A model generated the notes under the pieces. That model had not been told where the DNA came from. It worked only from the letters and a program-made list of their open reading frames with translations, and ran no database searches. 64,000 bases of DNA, from contig CBDFLJ010000002.1 of the NCBI GenBank assembly GCA_965248835.1, positions 1,664,001 through 1,728,000 of the forward strand, read 5' to 3'. Source of the DNA: Alphaproteobacteria bacterium (lineage in GTDB: Bacteria; Pseudomonadota; Alphaproteobacteria; MPNO01). Both the position numbers and the translations under genes were made by a program. This document shows, in pieces, positions 18,319-28,243 of the stretch. Each line of letters opens with the position of its first letter. Position 1 is the stretch's first letter.

Positions 18319-19659
18319 ATGGAAGCCTTTCAGATCGCGGTCATCTCGGTGCTTGCGATGCTGGTGCTGATCTATTTCGGCCTGCATATCGCGGTGACGC
18401 TGGCGCTGCTGTCGTTCGTCGGCGCCTGGGTCATCACCGAGAACATCAACATTGCGCTCAACCTGCTGTTCCAGGCTGCGGAAAAGACCGTCTACAACTT
18501 TGTCTTCGCCGTCATTCCGCTGTTCGTGCTGATGGGGTTCCTGGTCGCGGCCGCCGGCATGGGGCGCGATGCCTACGACATCGGCCAGGTCATGCTGCAC
18601 CGCGTCCGCGGCGGTCTGGGCATGGCGACCGTGGTCGCCAACGCTATCTTCGCGGCCATCACCGGCGCCTCGGTCGCGTCCGCCTCGGTGTTCTCCAAGG
18701 TGGCCGTGCCGGAGATGATGCGTCACGGCTATCAGGGCCGCTTCGCCGTCGGCACCGTCGCCGGATCCTCGGTACTGGGGATGCTGATACCGCCGAGCGT
18801 CCTTTTGATCATCTATGCCCTGATCGTCGAGGAATCGGTCGGCGACCTGTTCATTGCCGGCATCGGTCCGGGCTTGTTGCTCACCCTCGCGTTCTGCGGG
18901 CTCATCCTGATCATGGCCACGCTGTTCCCGCGGAGCGTGATGGCGGCACCGACGGCGGACCAGGACGGCGGGCACGCCGATGAGGATGCGGAGGTCGGCG
19001 AGGTCAGCATCCTGCGCAAGGGATTCCCCATCGCGCTGCTGGTGGTGCTGGTCCTCGGCGGTATCTATGGCGGGGTGTTCACGCCGGTCGAGGCGGGCGC
19101 CGCCGGCGCGTTCCTCGCGCTGATCTTCGCACTCGTGCGCCGTTCGCTGACCTGGCGCAGCTTCTGGGAGGTCCTGCTGGAGACCGGCAACGTCTCCGCG
19201 ACGCTGCTGTTCCTGATCTGCGCCGCCAGCATGTACAGCCGGATGCTGGGGCTGTCGGGCCTGCCCGGCGAGATGGCGGAGATCTTCGACAGTCTGGGCG
19301 CCGGCTTCTACGGCATGCTCGCCTTCTACGTGGTCGTGGTCATCATCCTCGGGACGATCATCGACTCGGTCTCGATCATGCTGATCATGGTGCCGCTGTT
19401 CCTCGCCGCGCTCAAATTCTTCGAGATCGATCTGGTCTGGTTCGGCATCGTCACGGTGATCGCTACGGAGATCGGGTTGTTGACGCCGCCCCTGGGCATC
19501 GCGGTCTATGTCGTCCACGCGACGCTCGCCCGGCCCGACATCTCGCTCAAGGACGTGTTCGTCGGCTCAGCGCCGTTCGCGCTGGCGATGCTGCTGGTCC
19601 TGACCATCGTCATCGCCTACCCGCCGATCGCAACCTTCCTGGTCTCGCTCAAGCTCTGA
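18319..19659 (+). CDS. TRAP large permease (DctM)
   Basis: IPLFVLMG, AAITGASVA, LGMLIPPS, GVFTPVEAG, GLLTPPLG. Confidence 0.93.
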   Translation: MEAFQIAVISVLAMLVLIYFGLHIAVTLALLSFVGAWVITENINIALNLLFQAAEKTVYNFVFAVIPLFVLMGFLVAAAGMGRDAYDIGQVMLHRVRGGLGMATVVANAIFAAITGASVASASVFSKVAVPEMMRHGYQGRFAVGTVAGSSVLGMLIPPSVLLIIYALIVEESVGDLFIAGIGPGLLLTLAFCGLILIMATLFPRSVMAAPTADQDGGHADEDAEVGEVSILRKGFPIALLVVLVLGGIYGGVFTPVEAGAAGAFLALIFALVRRSLTWRSFWEVLLETGNVSATLLFLICAASMYSRMLGLSGLPGEMAEIFDSLGAGFYGMLAFYVVVVIILGTIIDSVSIMLIMVPLFLAALKFFEIDLVWFGIVTVIATEIGLLTPPLGIAVYVVHATLARPDISLKDVFVGSAPFALAMLLVLTIVIAYPPIATFLVSLKL

Positions 19660-19660
19660 G

Positions 19661-20410
19661 CTAGGCCACCACGCGTGCGATCATGGTTACGCCAAGTGCG
19701 AGGAGACCGATGAGGATCCATCGCTGGAACGTCTCGACCGACAGCCGACCGCGCACGGCCCGGCCGGCGGCCATCCCGGCGAACGCGCTCAGCACCGCGA
19801 TGCTCCCGGGCAGGACGACCCAGGGCGCCAACGCGTCGTTGACCCCGAGCCCGACGCCCAGTGAGACTGAGGCGACGACCGCGGTGAGCCCCAGCGCCTG
19901 GATCAGCGCGTCCTTGCCGAGCCCGAGCGACTGGAGATAGGGAGCCGACGGGATCATGAAGATCGCCGATGCCCCGTTGATCATGCCGGTCAGGAGGCCC
20001 ATCGCCGGCCCCAGCACCGGTTCGCAACGCGCCGGAACCGAGAACCGGGCGCCGGTCAGGGCGAGCGCCGCGTAAGCGATCAGCATCGCCCCCAGCACCG
20101 CGGCGCCGACGCCGGCGCCGGTGGAGGCCACCAGGCTCGCCACCGCCACGGTTCCGAAGACCACACAGGCCATCATCGGCCACAGCCGGCGCAGCAGAGC
20201 TGGCAGCGCGGCCCCGTTCAGCATCTGCCAGACGTTGGTCAGAAACGCGGGCAGGATCAGGATCGCCGCGGCCTGCTCGATCGGCAGCCACACCCCCATC
20301 AGGCCCATGCCGATGGTCGGCAGGCCGAGCCCGATCGCACCCTTGACGATGCCGGCAAGGATGAAGATCGCCGCGACCGCAGCCAGTTCGTCGATCCCCA
20401 ACCCGGTCAA
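19661..20410 (-). CDS. TauE/SafE-family (TSUP) membrane exporter
   Basis: AGIVKGAIGLGLPT; hydrophobic; TTG start overlaps the upstream stop. Confidence 0.85.
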   Translation of the reverse strand: MTGLGIDELAAVAAIFILAGIVKGAIGLGLPTIGMGLMGVWLPIEQAAAILILPAFLTNVWQMLNGAALPALLRRLWPMMACVVFGTVAVASLVASTGAGVGAAVLGAMLIAYAALALTGARFSVPARCEPVLGPAMGLLTGMINGASAIFMIPSAPYLQSLGLGKDALIQALGLTAVVASVSLGVGLGVNDALAPWVVLPGSIAVLSAFAGMAAGRAVRGRLSVETFQRWILIGLLALGVTMIARVVA

Positions 20411-21708
20411 TGACCCCGGCCGCGGTAGCTGGGATGGAAATCCGGGACTTCGTCGACCCAGAACCAGTACCGGTCGGCGATGACGCCCTGCCACCAAGCG
20501 TCCATCGAGGACTGGTCCATCGACGGCCAGTCCGGGATCTCCATCACCGAGTGCCGGCCAAGCGCCTGACCCATGTCGAAGACCTCGTTTCCGAAACGGC
20601 TGCGCACGTCGTCCCAGGCGCGCAATGCAGCATCCAGCGAGGCGTGGCTCGACAGCGCATCGGCGAAGGCCAGCGCATCGTCAAGCGCCTTGCCCGCGCC
20701 GCCGCCGATATGCGGCCGCGACAGCGTGGCCGCATCGCCCATCAGACAGATCCGCCCGCCTGTGTAGCGCGGCACGCAGGCATCGAAGACCGGCTGGATG
20801 AAAGGCCGCGGCGTCGCCTCGACGACATCACCGAAATAGGGCGGGAAATAGCGCCGCGCCATCGCCCGGCAATAGGCGACCTGCTCGTCGGTCGCCGCAC
20901 CCGGGCGCAGCCCCCTTCGGACGGTGCCGTCCTTCTCGGCCCTGATGCCGGGGATGTTCTTTCCGGCGACGGTCTCGTGGAAGCCCCAGTTCACCCGCCG
21001 CCCACCCCGCGCACCGGGCTCGGGTTTAGGGACGTAGTAGACGAAGCCGTGCCCGTACCTGTAGCCGAAGAAGGTGACGGTCCGCTCGTAGCCGGCGGGA
21101 ATCGGCAGCACCTCTTCATTGATCATGCCGCGCCACAGGAAATAGGGCGAGGCGGTGATCTCGGCATCGGGATAGAGCGCCCGGCGGCCGATCGAATCAT
21201 AGCCGTCGGCGCAGATCACCAGATCGAACACATGCTCCGTCCCACCGGTCAGGCTCAAGGCGACCGTTCCGCCGGGCCGCTGATCGAGGCCGGCGACTTC
21301 GCGGCCCTGATGGTAGATCTCATCGGGCACCCGCTTGCGCAGGGCGCGGTAGAGGACGCCCCAATGGCTGGCGTGAAACGCCACCTCCTGGCTCCAGAAC
21401 ACCTCCCAGGGGGTCGCGCGCCGGGCGGGGTCGGCGTGCGGACGGGCGAAGGTGCGCTGCCACACCGGCACCTGGCCCATGTCGTCGTCGATCAGGCCGC
21501 GGTCGGCGAGCGCCCGGAGCGTCGAGATCTTCATCGCCAGACCGACGCCGCGGTCGATGAGATTTCCGGCGGAGCGCTCGAAGACGCTGACGCGCGCGCC
21601 CGCGCGCGTCAGCAGCGCCGCGATCGCGCACCCGGTCAACGAGCCGCCGACGACACCGATGTCGAGCCCCCGGGCCAGACTGCCGCCCGCTTGCATCTCA
21701 GCGCTCAT
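20407..21708 (-). CDS. FAD-dependent monooxygenase, 2,6-dihydroxypyridine 3-hydroxylase-like
   Basis: VVGGSLTG, DLVICADG, LMGDAATLSRPHIGGGAGKA. Confidence 0.82.
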   Translation of the reverse strand: MSAEMQAGGSLARGLDIGVVGGSLTGCAIAALLTRAGARVSVFERSAGNLIDRGVGLAMKISTLRALADRGLIDDDMGQVPVWQRTFARPHADPARRATPWEVFWSQEVAFHASHWGVLYRALRKRVPDEIYHQGREVAGLDQRPGGTVALSLTGGTEHVFDLVICADGYDSIGRRALYPDAEITASPYFLWRGMINEEVLPIPAGYERTVTFFGYRYGHGFVYYVPKPEPGARGGRRVNWGFHETVAGKNIPGIRAEKDGTVRRGLRPGAATDEQVAYCRAMARRYFPPYFGDVVEATPRPFIQPVFDACVPRYTGGRICLMGDAATLSRPHIGGGAGKALDDALAFADALSSHASLDAALRAWDDVRSRFGNEVFDMGQALGRHSVMEIPDWPSMDQSSMDAWWQGVIADRYWFWVDEVPDFHPSYRGRGH

Positions 21709-21753
21709 AGCGGGCTATCATAGCCGTGCGCGGCAAGATGGAGAGTGCGACCG

Positions 21754-22437
21754 ATGGCGCAGGTGTTCGAGATCACCTACACCACCCGTGCGGCAGAGGA
21801 TTTTTCCGGCATCCTGGCCGAGCCGGACGGCACCGGGAAGGTGCCGGCCATTCTCTACATCACCGCGATCTGGGGCATCGACGGCAGCGCCCGGGACATC
21901 ACCAGGGCCTTTGCCGATGACGGCTATCTGGTCTCGGTGCCCGACATCTTCTGGCGCGTCCATCCGGGGCCGACCGCCGAGCGCGCGGTCGCTCACGGGC
22001 GCTACCATGCCTACGATTTCGACCAGGGCCTGCTCGACATGCAGGACCTGATCGCCGATTTGCGCTCCCACCCGCGCTGCAACGGCAAGGTGGCGATGCT
22101 GGGGATCTGCTTCGGCGGGCGCTATGCGCATCTGGGTGCGGCGCGCTGGGGCATCGATGCTGCGGCGTCCTACCACGGCACCTATATCGAGCGGCACCTG
22201 GACGACACCCGCAATATCACCTGCCCGGTGAGCCACCATTTCGGCGCAGCCGATCCGGTGACCCCGATGGCCGACCTGCGCACGATCCGGGACTCGTACG
22301 CCGCCCTGCCAAACGCCGAGATCGTCGTCCATGACGGCGCTAGGCACAACTTTGCCATGCCGCAAAAGCCCGACTACGACCCGGTCATTGCCAAGACCGC
22401 ACGCGATGCCGTGCTCGGCTGCTTCGCCGCGATGTAG
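21754..22437 (+). CDS. Dienelactone hydrolase family protein
   Basis: GICFGG nucleophile, FGAAD, ARHNF. Confidence 0.9.
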   Translation: MAQVFEITYTTRAAEDFSGILAEPDGTGKVPAILYITAIWGIDGSARDITRAFADDGYLVSVPDIFWRVHPGPTAERAVAHGRYHAYDFDQGLLDMQDLIADLRSHPRCNGKVAMLGICFGGRYAHLGAARWGIDAAASYHGTYIERHLDDTRNITCPVSHHFGAADPVTPMADLRTIRDSYAALPNAEIVVHDGARHNFAMPQKPDYDPVIAKTARDAVLGCFAAM

Positions 22438-22440
22438 CGC

Positions 22441-23328
22441 TCAGGCGTTCACCGGATAGACCAGGTTCTCGGGATTGCGGTCCGCTATGTGCTGGGCGAG
22501 GTCCCAGCGCTCGACCTGCTCGAAGACCTCCTCGAACAAGCCGTCCGGCAGGGGCCGGTCGACGAATTTCTCGCCCCGGCTGAACTTGGAGAAATCCCAG
22601 TTCCGGTCGGCGAATGCGGGCGGAACCGCGTGCTTCCAGACCGGAAGGTATTTGGCAAGGTCTGCCTCGATCGCCTTCTCGGCACGCACCAGCGCGGCGA
22701 TGTATCCGCGGATCGCGGGCTTGGACATGTCGTCGGGCACCCACCAGATGGTGTAGAACTCGTCCTCGATGATCGCGCGCAAGCCGAGTTGCTTGGCCAT
22801 GTCGATTTGCGGCGGCAGCAGGCTCGCCGCCTCGACCTCGCCGCTGATCAGCGTTTCCAGCCGCGCGCTGAACCCGCCGACGTTCAAGGCGTTGATCTTT
22901 TCCAGCGGCAGGTATTTCTCCAGCCGGTAAGGCACGTTGAAATGGCTGCCGGCGCGCATGCCGACCGCGATCGGCACGTCGGCGAGGTCCTCGGGGCTGC
23001 GAATCTCGGAGTCCGGGCGTACGAAGATCCCCCATGGCGAGATGCCGTAGCAGTCCGGCACCACGCGTCCCATGCCGGAGGCGGCGTTGGAGATCGTCCC
23101 CCACTGGCAGGCGCTCTGGATGACTTCGGCGCCCTCGGCATAGGGGCGGTCCTGCGGCCGGTCGAAATATTCCAGCCCCTTCCAACTCGACTGCGTGCCG
23201 CGGAAGACTTTCATGTCGAACGTGACCTCGAGGCCTTCGTCTTCGAAGAAGCCTTCCTCCATGGCAACAAAATCGTTCAGCCCCATACCCTTTGGAGCGA
23301 CCCTGATGGACATTCGCGTCTGCGGCAT
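22441..23328 (-). CDS. NMT1/SsuA-like periplasmic-binding-fold protein without signal peptide
   Basis: VAMEEGFFEDEGLEV, SEIRSPEDLAD, RLETLISGEVEAA. Confidence 0.75.
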   Translation of the reverse strand: MPQTRMSIRVAPKGMGLNDFVAMEEGFFEDEGLEVTFDMKVFRGTQSSWKGLEYFDRPQDRPYAEGAEVIQSACQWGTISNAASGMGRVVPDCYGISPWGIFVRPDSEIRSPEDLADVPIAVGMRAGSHFNVPYRLEKYLPLEKINALNVGGFSARLETLISGEVEAASLLPPQIDMAKQLGLRAIIEDEFYTIWWVPDDMSKPAIRGYIAALVRAEKAIEADLAKYLPVWKHAVPPAFADRNWDFSKFSRGEKFVDRPLPDGLFEEVFEQVERWDLAQHIADRNPENLVYPVNA

Positions 23329-23468
23329 CCTGGTTCCCTTACGATGAGAATTGCCGCCAGTATCGCGCACGGCGCCGGGCCGGCCAACCACGATTTCGCG
23401 GCCCGATTGCCCGGACCACCTCTGCCGTGGAAAGATCGGCCGATCCGCCTTCAGGGAGGGGACTGCCG

Positions 23469-24347
23469 ATGCTGCCCACCGAACGCATCACCTATTCTCC
23501 GATCGCCTTCCGCCGGCCGCTGAAGCTGCCGGGCGGCGCGCGGATGGTCGTCTGGGTCATCGTCAACATCGAGGAATGGGACGCCGAGGCGCCGATGCCG
23601 CGCACCGTGCTCACGCCGCCGGCCGGCGGATCGCCGAGTCCGGACATCCCCAACTGGGCCTGGCACGAATACGGCAACCGCGTCGGCTTCTGGCGGTTCG
23701 TCGAGGCGCTGGATGGACTTTCGATCACGCCGGCGCTGGCGATCAACGGCACCGCGGTCAGGTCCTACGAGCCGATCTCCCAGGCTGCGCTCGACCGGGG
23801 CTGGGAGTTCCTCGGCCACGGTTTCACCCAAAGGAACATGCAGAAGGTCGAGGACGAGCGGACCGACATCCGCCGGACCGGCGCGGTGATTGAGGATTTC
23901 ACCGGCAAGCGGCCGCGCGGCTGGCTCGGCCCGGGCCTGACCGAGACCTGGCAGACGCCCGATCTTCTGGTCGAGGAGGGCTACGAGTATGTCTGCGACT
24001 GGGTGCTCGACGACCAGCCGGTCCTGTTGCAGACCCGGACCAGGCCGATCGTCAACATCCCCTATACCCAGGAATGCAACGATGTCGCGATGATGCTGAT
24101 CCAGCACCACCCGGCGCGGGAGTATTTCAGCCGGGCCTCGGACCAGTTCGATCAGATCTACGCCGATTCACGCGACTCGGCCCGGGTCATGGCGCTGGTC
24201 GTCCACCCCTACATCATGGGCGTGCCGCACCGGTTCCGCTATTTCCGCGAGATCCTCGAGAAGATCTCCACCCACGACGACGTGGTGTTCTGGACCGGCG
24301 AGCAGATCCTCGACTGGTACCTGGCCGAGCGCTCCGCAGACGGGTGA
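23469..24347 (+). CDS. Polysaccharide deacetylase (CE4)/PuuE-like hydrolase
   Basis: VNIEEW, EYGNRVGFWR, GHG, PRGWLGPG, HPYIMGVPHR; RBS GGAGG. Confidence 0.88.
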   Translation: MLPTERITYSPIAFRRPLKLPGGARMVVWVIVNIEEWDAEAPMPRTVLTPPAGGSPSPDIPNWAWHEYGNRVGFWRFVEALDGLSITPALAINGTAVRSYEPISQAALDRGWEFLGHGFTQRNMQKVEDERTDIRRTGAVIEDFTGKRPRGWLGPGLTETWQTPDLLVEEGYEYVCDWVLDDQPVLLQTRTRPIVNIPYTQECNDVAMMLIQHHPAREYFSRASDQFDQIYADSRDSARVMALVVHPYIMGVPHRFRYFREILEKISTHDDVVFWTGEQILDWYLAERSADG

Positions 24348-24353
24348 GCCGCA

Positions 24354-25637
24354 TCACTGCAGCAATCGCGGTATGGTGAGCGTGACCGCAGGGATGTAGG
24401 TGACCACCAGAAGGACTGCGATCTCGACCAGAAGCATCGGCCAGATCGCCTTGGCGATCGCCTCGACCCTGAGCCCCGAGATGGCCGCCCCGATGAACAG
24501 GTTGATCCCGAACGGCGGGGTGAGGAAGCCGATCGCCAAGTTGATCACGATGATCGCGCCCAGATGGACCGGATCAAGCCCGAGCTGCCTGCCGATGGCG
24601 ATCAGCACGGTCGCCAGGATCACCATCGCCGAGATCGTGTCCATGAACGCGCCGATGATCAGCAGCAACAGGTTGAGCATCAGCAGCACCACCACGGGAT
24701 CGTCGGAGACCGCGAACAGCAGTCCCGTCACCTCGCGCGGCAGGTCCTCGAGCGCGATCAGGAAGCCGAAGCACAGCGCCGTGGTCAGGATGAACACGGC
24801 GATCGCGGTCGTCCGCATCGACTTCAGCAGGATCGCCGGCAGATCCGACAGTTTCATCTCGCGATGGACGAAGACGCCGATCACCAGGCTGTAGGCGACC
24901 GCGACCGCACCGGCCTCGGTCGGGGTGAACACGCCGCCGTAGATCCCGCCCAGAATGATCAGCGGCGTCAGCAGCGCCCACTTGCCCGCGGCGAGCGCCG
25001 CCAGCAGCTCGCGTCCGCTCGCGCGATGCTCATCGCTCAGCACCCCGTGGGCGCGCGCGACCCAGTAGCACACGATCATCAGCCCGGCCGAGGTCAAAAG
25101 GCCTGGAATCACGCCGGCGAAGAACAGGTCGGTGATCGAGGTCTCGGAGATCACGCCCCAGATCACCATCGGGATCGAGGGCGGGATCATCTGCCCCAGC
25201 GGGCCTGCCGAGGCCGCAAGCGCGGTCGAGAAGTCGCGCCGGTAGCCGCGCTTTTCCATCTCCGGGATCATGATGCCGCCGATCGCCGCCGTGGTCGCGG
25301 GCGAAGACCCGGAAAGCGCGGCGAAGAACGTCGCCGACAGCACCGTCACCATGCCGAGCCCGCCGGTAAGATGGCGGACCAGGACCCGGGCGACGTCGAT
25401 CAGCCGCGAAGCGAGCCCGCCGGTCTGCATGATGTCGCCGGCCAGGATGAAGCACGGCACGGCCAGCAGGCTGAAGATGGTCGAGCCCTGGATCATCTTC
25501 TGGCTCAGGATCACGATGTCGACGTCGGCGAGCACCAACGCGGCGAGCGAGGCGATGCCGATGGCGAACACGATCGGCACGCCCAGGATGAATAGCGCGC
25601 CGGTGCCCAGCGTCAGGACCCAGGCGGCCTCGCTCAC
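24354..25637 (-). CDS. TRAP large permease (DctM)
   Basis: LSGSSPA, MIPPSIP, GVFTPTEAG, LTPPFG; GTGA overlap with dctQ. Confidence 0.93.
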   Translation of the reverse strand: MSEAAWVLTLGTGALFILGVPIVFAIGIASLAALVLADVDIVILSQKMIQGSTIFSLLAVPCFILAGDIMQTGGLASRLIDVARVLVRHLTGGLGMVTVLSATFFAALSGSSPATTAAIGGIMIPEMEKRGYRRDFSTALAASAGPLGQMIPPSIPMVIWGVISETSITDLFFAGVIPGLLTSAGLMIVCYWVARAHGVLSDEHRASGRELLAALAAGKWALLTPLIILGGIYGGVFTPTEAGAVAVAYSLVIGVFVHREMKLSDLPAILLKSMRTTAIAVFILTTALCFGFLIALEDLPREVTGLLFAVSDDPVVVLLMLNLLLLIIGAFMDTISAMVILATVLIAIGRQLGLDPVHLGAIIVINLAIGFLTPPFGINLFIGAAISGLRVEAIAKAIWPMLLVEIAVLLVVTYIPAVTLTIPRLLQ

Positions 25638-26110
25638 GAGGGCTCCGCCCTGCGCAGCAGCCTGGCTCCGGCATGAAGGACGATGAGGACCCCGCACACC
25701 GGTGCGGCCAGGTGAAGCGCCTCGATCGGAAAGCCGATCGCGGCCGAGATCACGCCGAGCGTCCCCTTGACATAGTCATACCCGGAGATGGTCAGCAGGA
25801 CCCCGAAGGCGAGGATCGCCGCCAGCGTCGCCCGCTCGATCCGCAGCCGCGCCGCGCCCGAGACGCGGTCGAGCAGCAGGCTGAGGCGCACGTGGTAGTC
25901 CTCGCGCACGCCGAGGCTTCCCATCAGCATGATGATCCAGGCGAACATCAGGACCGCCAGCTCCTCGGTCCAGGTCAAGGGGCTTGCCAGCGCGTAGCGA
26001 AAGAAGATCTGCAGCAGCAGGCAGGCGACCATCACCGTCGCCATGATCACCGCAAGGCCCTGGGTCAGCCGCGCAAGAAGATGCGAGACGGACTCGATCA
26101 GGCGAATCAT
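25634..26110 (-). CDS. TRAP small permease (DctQ)
   Basis: QIFFRY..PLTWTEEL, HVRL. Confidence 0.9.
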   Translation of the reverse strand: MIRLIESVSHLLARLTQGLAVIMATVMVACLLLQIFFRYALASPLTWTEELAVLMFAWIIMLMGSLGVREDYHVRLSLLLDRVSGAARLRIERATLAAILAFGVLLTISGYDYVKGTLGVISAAIGFPIEALHLAAPVCGVLIVLHAGARLLRRAEPS

Positions 26111-26134
26111 GGCCGCCCGGCGCCGGGGCCTCGG

Positions 26135-27139
26135 CTACTTCTTGACCTCGGCAAGCAGCTTGTCGACCAGGACTCCGCCGATGCGGCCGCGGAACTGGTC
26201 GTAGACCGGCTTGACCATGGAGCGGAATGCGCCCAGATCCTCGACCGCATTGACCGCCATGCCGCGACTCTTGAGCCCGTCGAGGGCCGCAGACTCGCGC
26301 TTGGCGTTGTTGGCGCGCTGGACCTTGTTGGCCATCAGGGCGGCCTTGCGGAAGGCCTGCTGCAGGTCCTTGTCGAGCTTCTTGAAGCGCCGCTTGGACA
26401 TCGTCATGACCAGCGCCGAATAGGTGTGCGAGGTCAGCGACAGGTACTTGGTCACCTCGTTCGCCTTGACGGCGAAGCCTGCGGTGATGGGCAGCTCCAT
26501 GCCGTCGACCGTGCCCTGGCGCAGCGCGGTGAACAGATCGCCGAAGGCCATCGGGATCGCATTGCCGCCCAGCGAGTTGAACATTCCGATGAAGACCGGG
26601 TTCTGCATCACCCGGTACTTCACGCCCTTGACGTCGGCAGGCGTCATCACCGGATGGGCGTTGTTCATCATGTGGCGGAAGCCGCCCTCGAAGAACGCCA
26701 GCCCGATCAGGTTCTTGCTCTCCAACCTGGCAAGCATGTCCTGGCCGATCGGACCGTCGAGCACCCGGTGCGCGGTCGGCGCATCGGGGTAGAGGAACGG
26801 CAGGTCGTTGGCCAGGAGGCTGGATTCGACATTGGCGACGACCGCGTTGGTGGTGATGTCCATGTCGAGCGTGCCGAAGCGGACCTGCTCGAGCATCTCT
26901 TTTTCGTCGCCGAGCTGGCGGTTGGGATAGACCTTTACCTTGAACTGGCCGGGCAGCAGCTTCTCCAGCGCCAGCGTGAACTGGTGGGGGCCATCCGCAT
27001 ACGGCCCGCGTTTCGGATCAGGCTGGGAAGGCTGGCCGAACCGGAGCGACATCGGTGCCGCTGCAACGCTGCCGGCCAGGAGCGCCGCCGCCGCAGTGAG
27101 CAGAGCGGTGCGCGAGAACGATACGATCGAAGACGCCAT
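26135..27139 (-). CDS. TRAP substrate-binding protein (DctP)
   Basis: Signal peptide; YPNRQLGDE, KYRVM, ALRQGTVDG; RBS GGAGGG. Confidence 0.93.
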   Translation of the reverse strand: MASSIVSFSRTALLTAAAALLAGSVAAAPMSLRFGQPSQPDPKRGPYADGPHQFTLALEKLLPGQFKVKVYPNRQLGDEKEMLEQVRFGTLDMDITTNAVVANVESSLLANDLPFLYPDAPTAHRVLDGPIGQDMLARLESKNLIGLAFFEGGFRHMMNNAHPVMTPADVKGVKYRVMQNPVFIGMFNSLGGNAIPMAFGDLFTALRQGTVDGMELPITAGFAVKANEVTKYLSLTSHTYSALVMTMSKRRFKKLDKDLQQAFRKAALMANKVQRANNAKRESAALDGLKSRGMAVNAVEDLGAFRSMVKPVYDQFRGRIGGVLVDKLLAEVKK

Positions 27140-27204
27140 CTTGTTTCCCTCCCATGGTTGGTCTCGTTCGCCCAGGTTAGCTGGGCGGGCGCAACGCGCA
27201 GGAT

Positions 27205-28071
27205 TTACGCAAAACCGAAGAGCGCGGCCGGGTTGTCGACCAGCATGGCGTGCAGCGCCCGGTCCTCGACACCCCAGCCCGTGAGCCACTCCAGGAGCGC
27301 CGCGTCCTCTGGGACCGGCTGGTCCCAATGCCCGACATGCGGCCAGTCGGTCGCCCACAGCATGCGGTCCGGCCGCGTTTCGATCAGCGCCTTGGCAAGC
27401 GGCACCATGTCCGCGTAGGGCGGTCCCGAGGCACTCAGCCTGTCGGGGCAGGAGAGCTTCACCCAGGTCCGGCCGGCCGCGACCAGATCAAGGAGTGCGG
27501 CAAAGCCCGGGTGGTCGATGCCCTGCGCACCCCCGAAATGGGCGAAATGGTCGAGCACCAGGTCGATGTCGAGCGCTTTGAGCGGCGGCGCCATGCTTTC
27601 CATCTGACGAGGCCCGTCGATGAACAGGTCGATGTGCCAGCCCAGCCTTGCCGCGCGCGGTGCGAAGGCCTGAATGATCGGCATCGGATCGCCGCCCAGA
27701 AGCACCGGCGCAAAGCGCACGCCGCGATAGCCGAGGCCGTCGAGCGCTATCAGCGCCTCGTCGTCGATCGCCGGGTCGATCACCGCGACCGCGCGGGCCC
27801 GCGGGCCGAGGCGGTTCAGCGCATCGTTTGTGGCAGCGAGGTCGGTGGCATAGCAACTCGGCTGGACGATCACCACGCGCTCGATGCCCAACGCCTCCTG
27901 CAGGTCGATATAGGCCTCCAGCGGCGACTCGGGAGCGGTATAGAACCGGCCCTCGTGGAGCGGGAACCGGTCGTAGGGCCCGACGATGTGGGCGTGCGTA
28001 TCGCAGGTCCCCGACGGCGCCGGGGTGCCGGCCCGCCGCGGCGGCAAGGGTCCGGGACAGGGTCTGGTCAT
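27205..28071 (-). CDS. Amidohydrolase, 2-pyrone-4,6-dicarboxylate lactonase (LigI)-like
   Basis: CDTHAH, VQPSCY, LDHF, WVKLS, WATDWPH. Confidence 0.85.
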   Translation of the reverse strand: MTRPCPGPLPPRRAGTPAPSGTCDTHAHIVGPYDRFPLHEGRFYTAPESPLEAYIDLQEALGIERVVIVQPSCYATDLAATNDALNRLGPRARAVAVIDPAIDDEALIALDGLGYRGVRFAPVLLGGDPMPIIQAFAPRAARLGWHIDLFIDGPRQMESMAPPLKALDIDLVLDHFAHFGGAQGIDHPGFAALLDLVAAGRTWVKLSCPDRLSASGPPYADMVPLAKALIETRPDRMLWATDWPHVGHWDQPVPEDAALLEWLTGWGVEDRALHAMLVDNPAALFGFA

Positions 28072-28243
28072 CGCCGTCCCCTTCGTGCCTTTTCTTCGGC
28101 CCAAGCGCCGGCCGAGGACTCGATAGATTGTCGCACCGCGCCCTGTGCGCCGCAACCGCACCCCGCGCGCTTGCTCCGCCGGCTTTGTCGCCTCGGATCG
28201 GCTGTGCTAGAGGACGGGCGGCGCGGACAGCGGAGAACGACAG

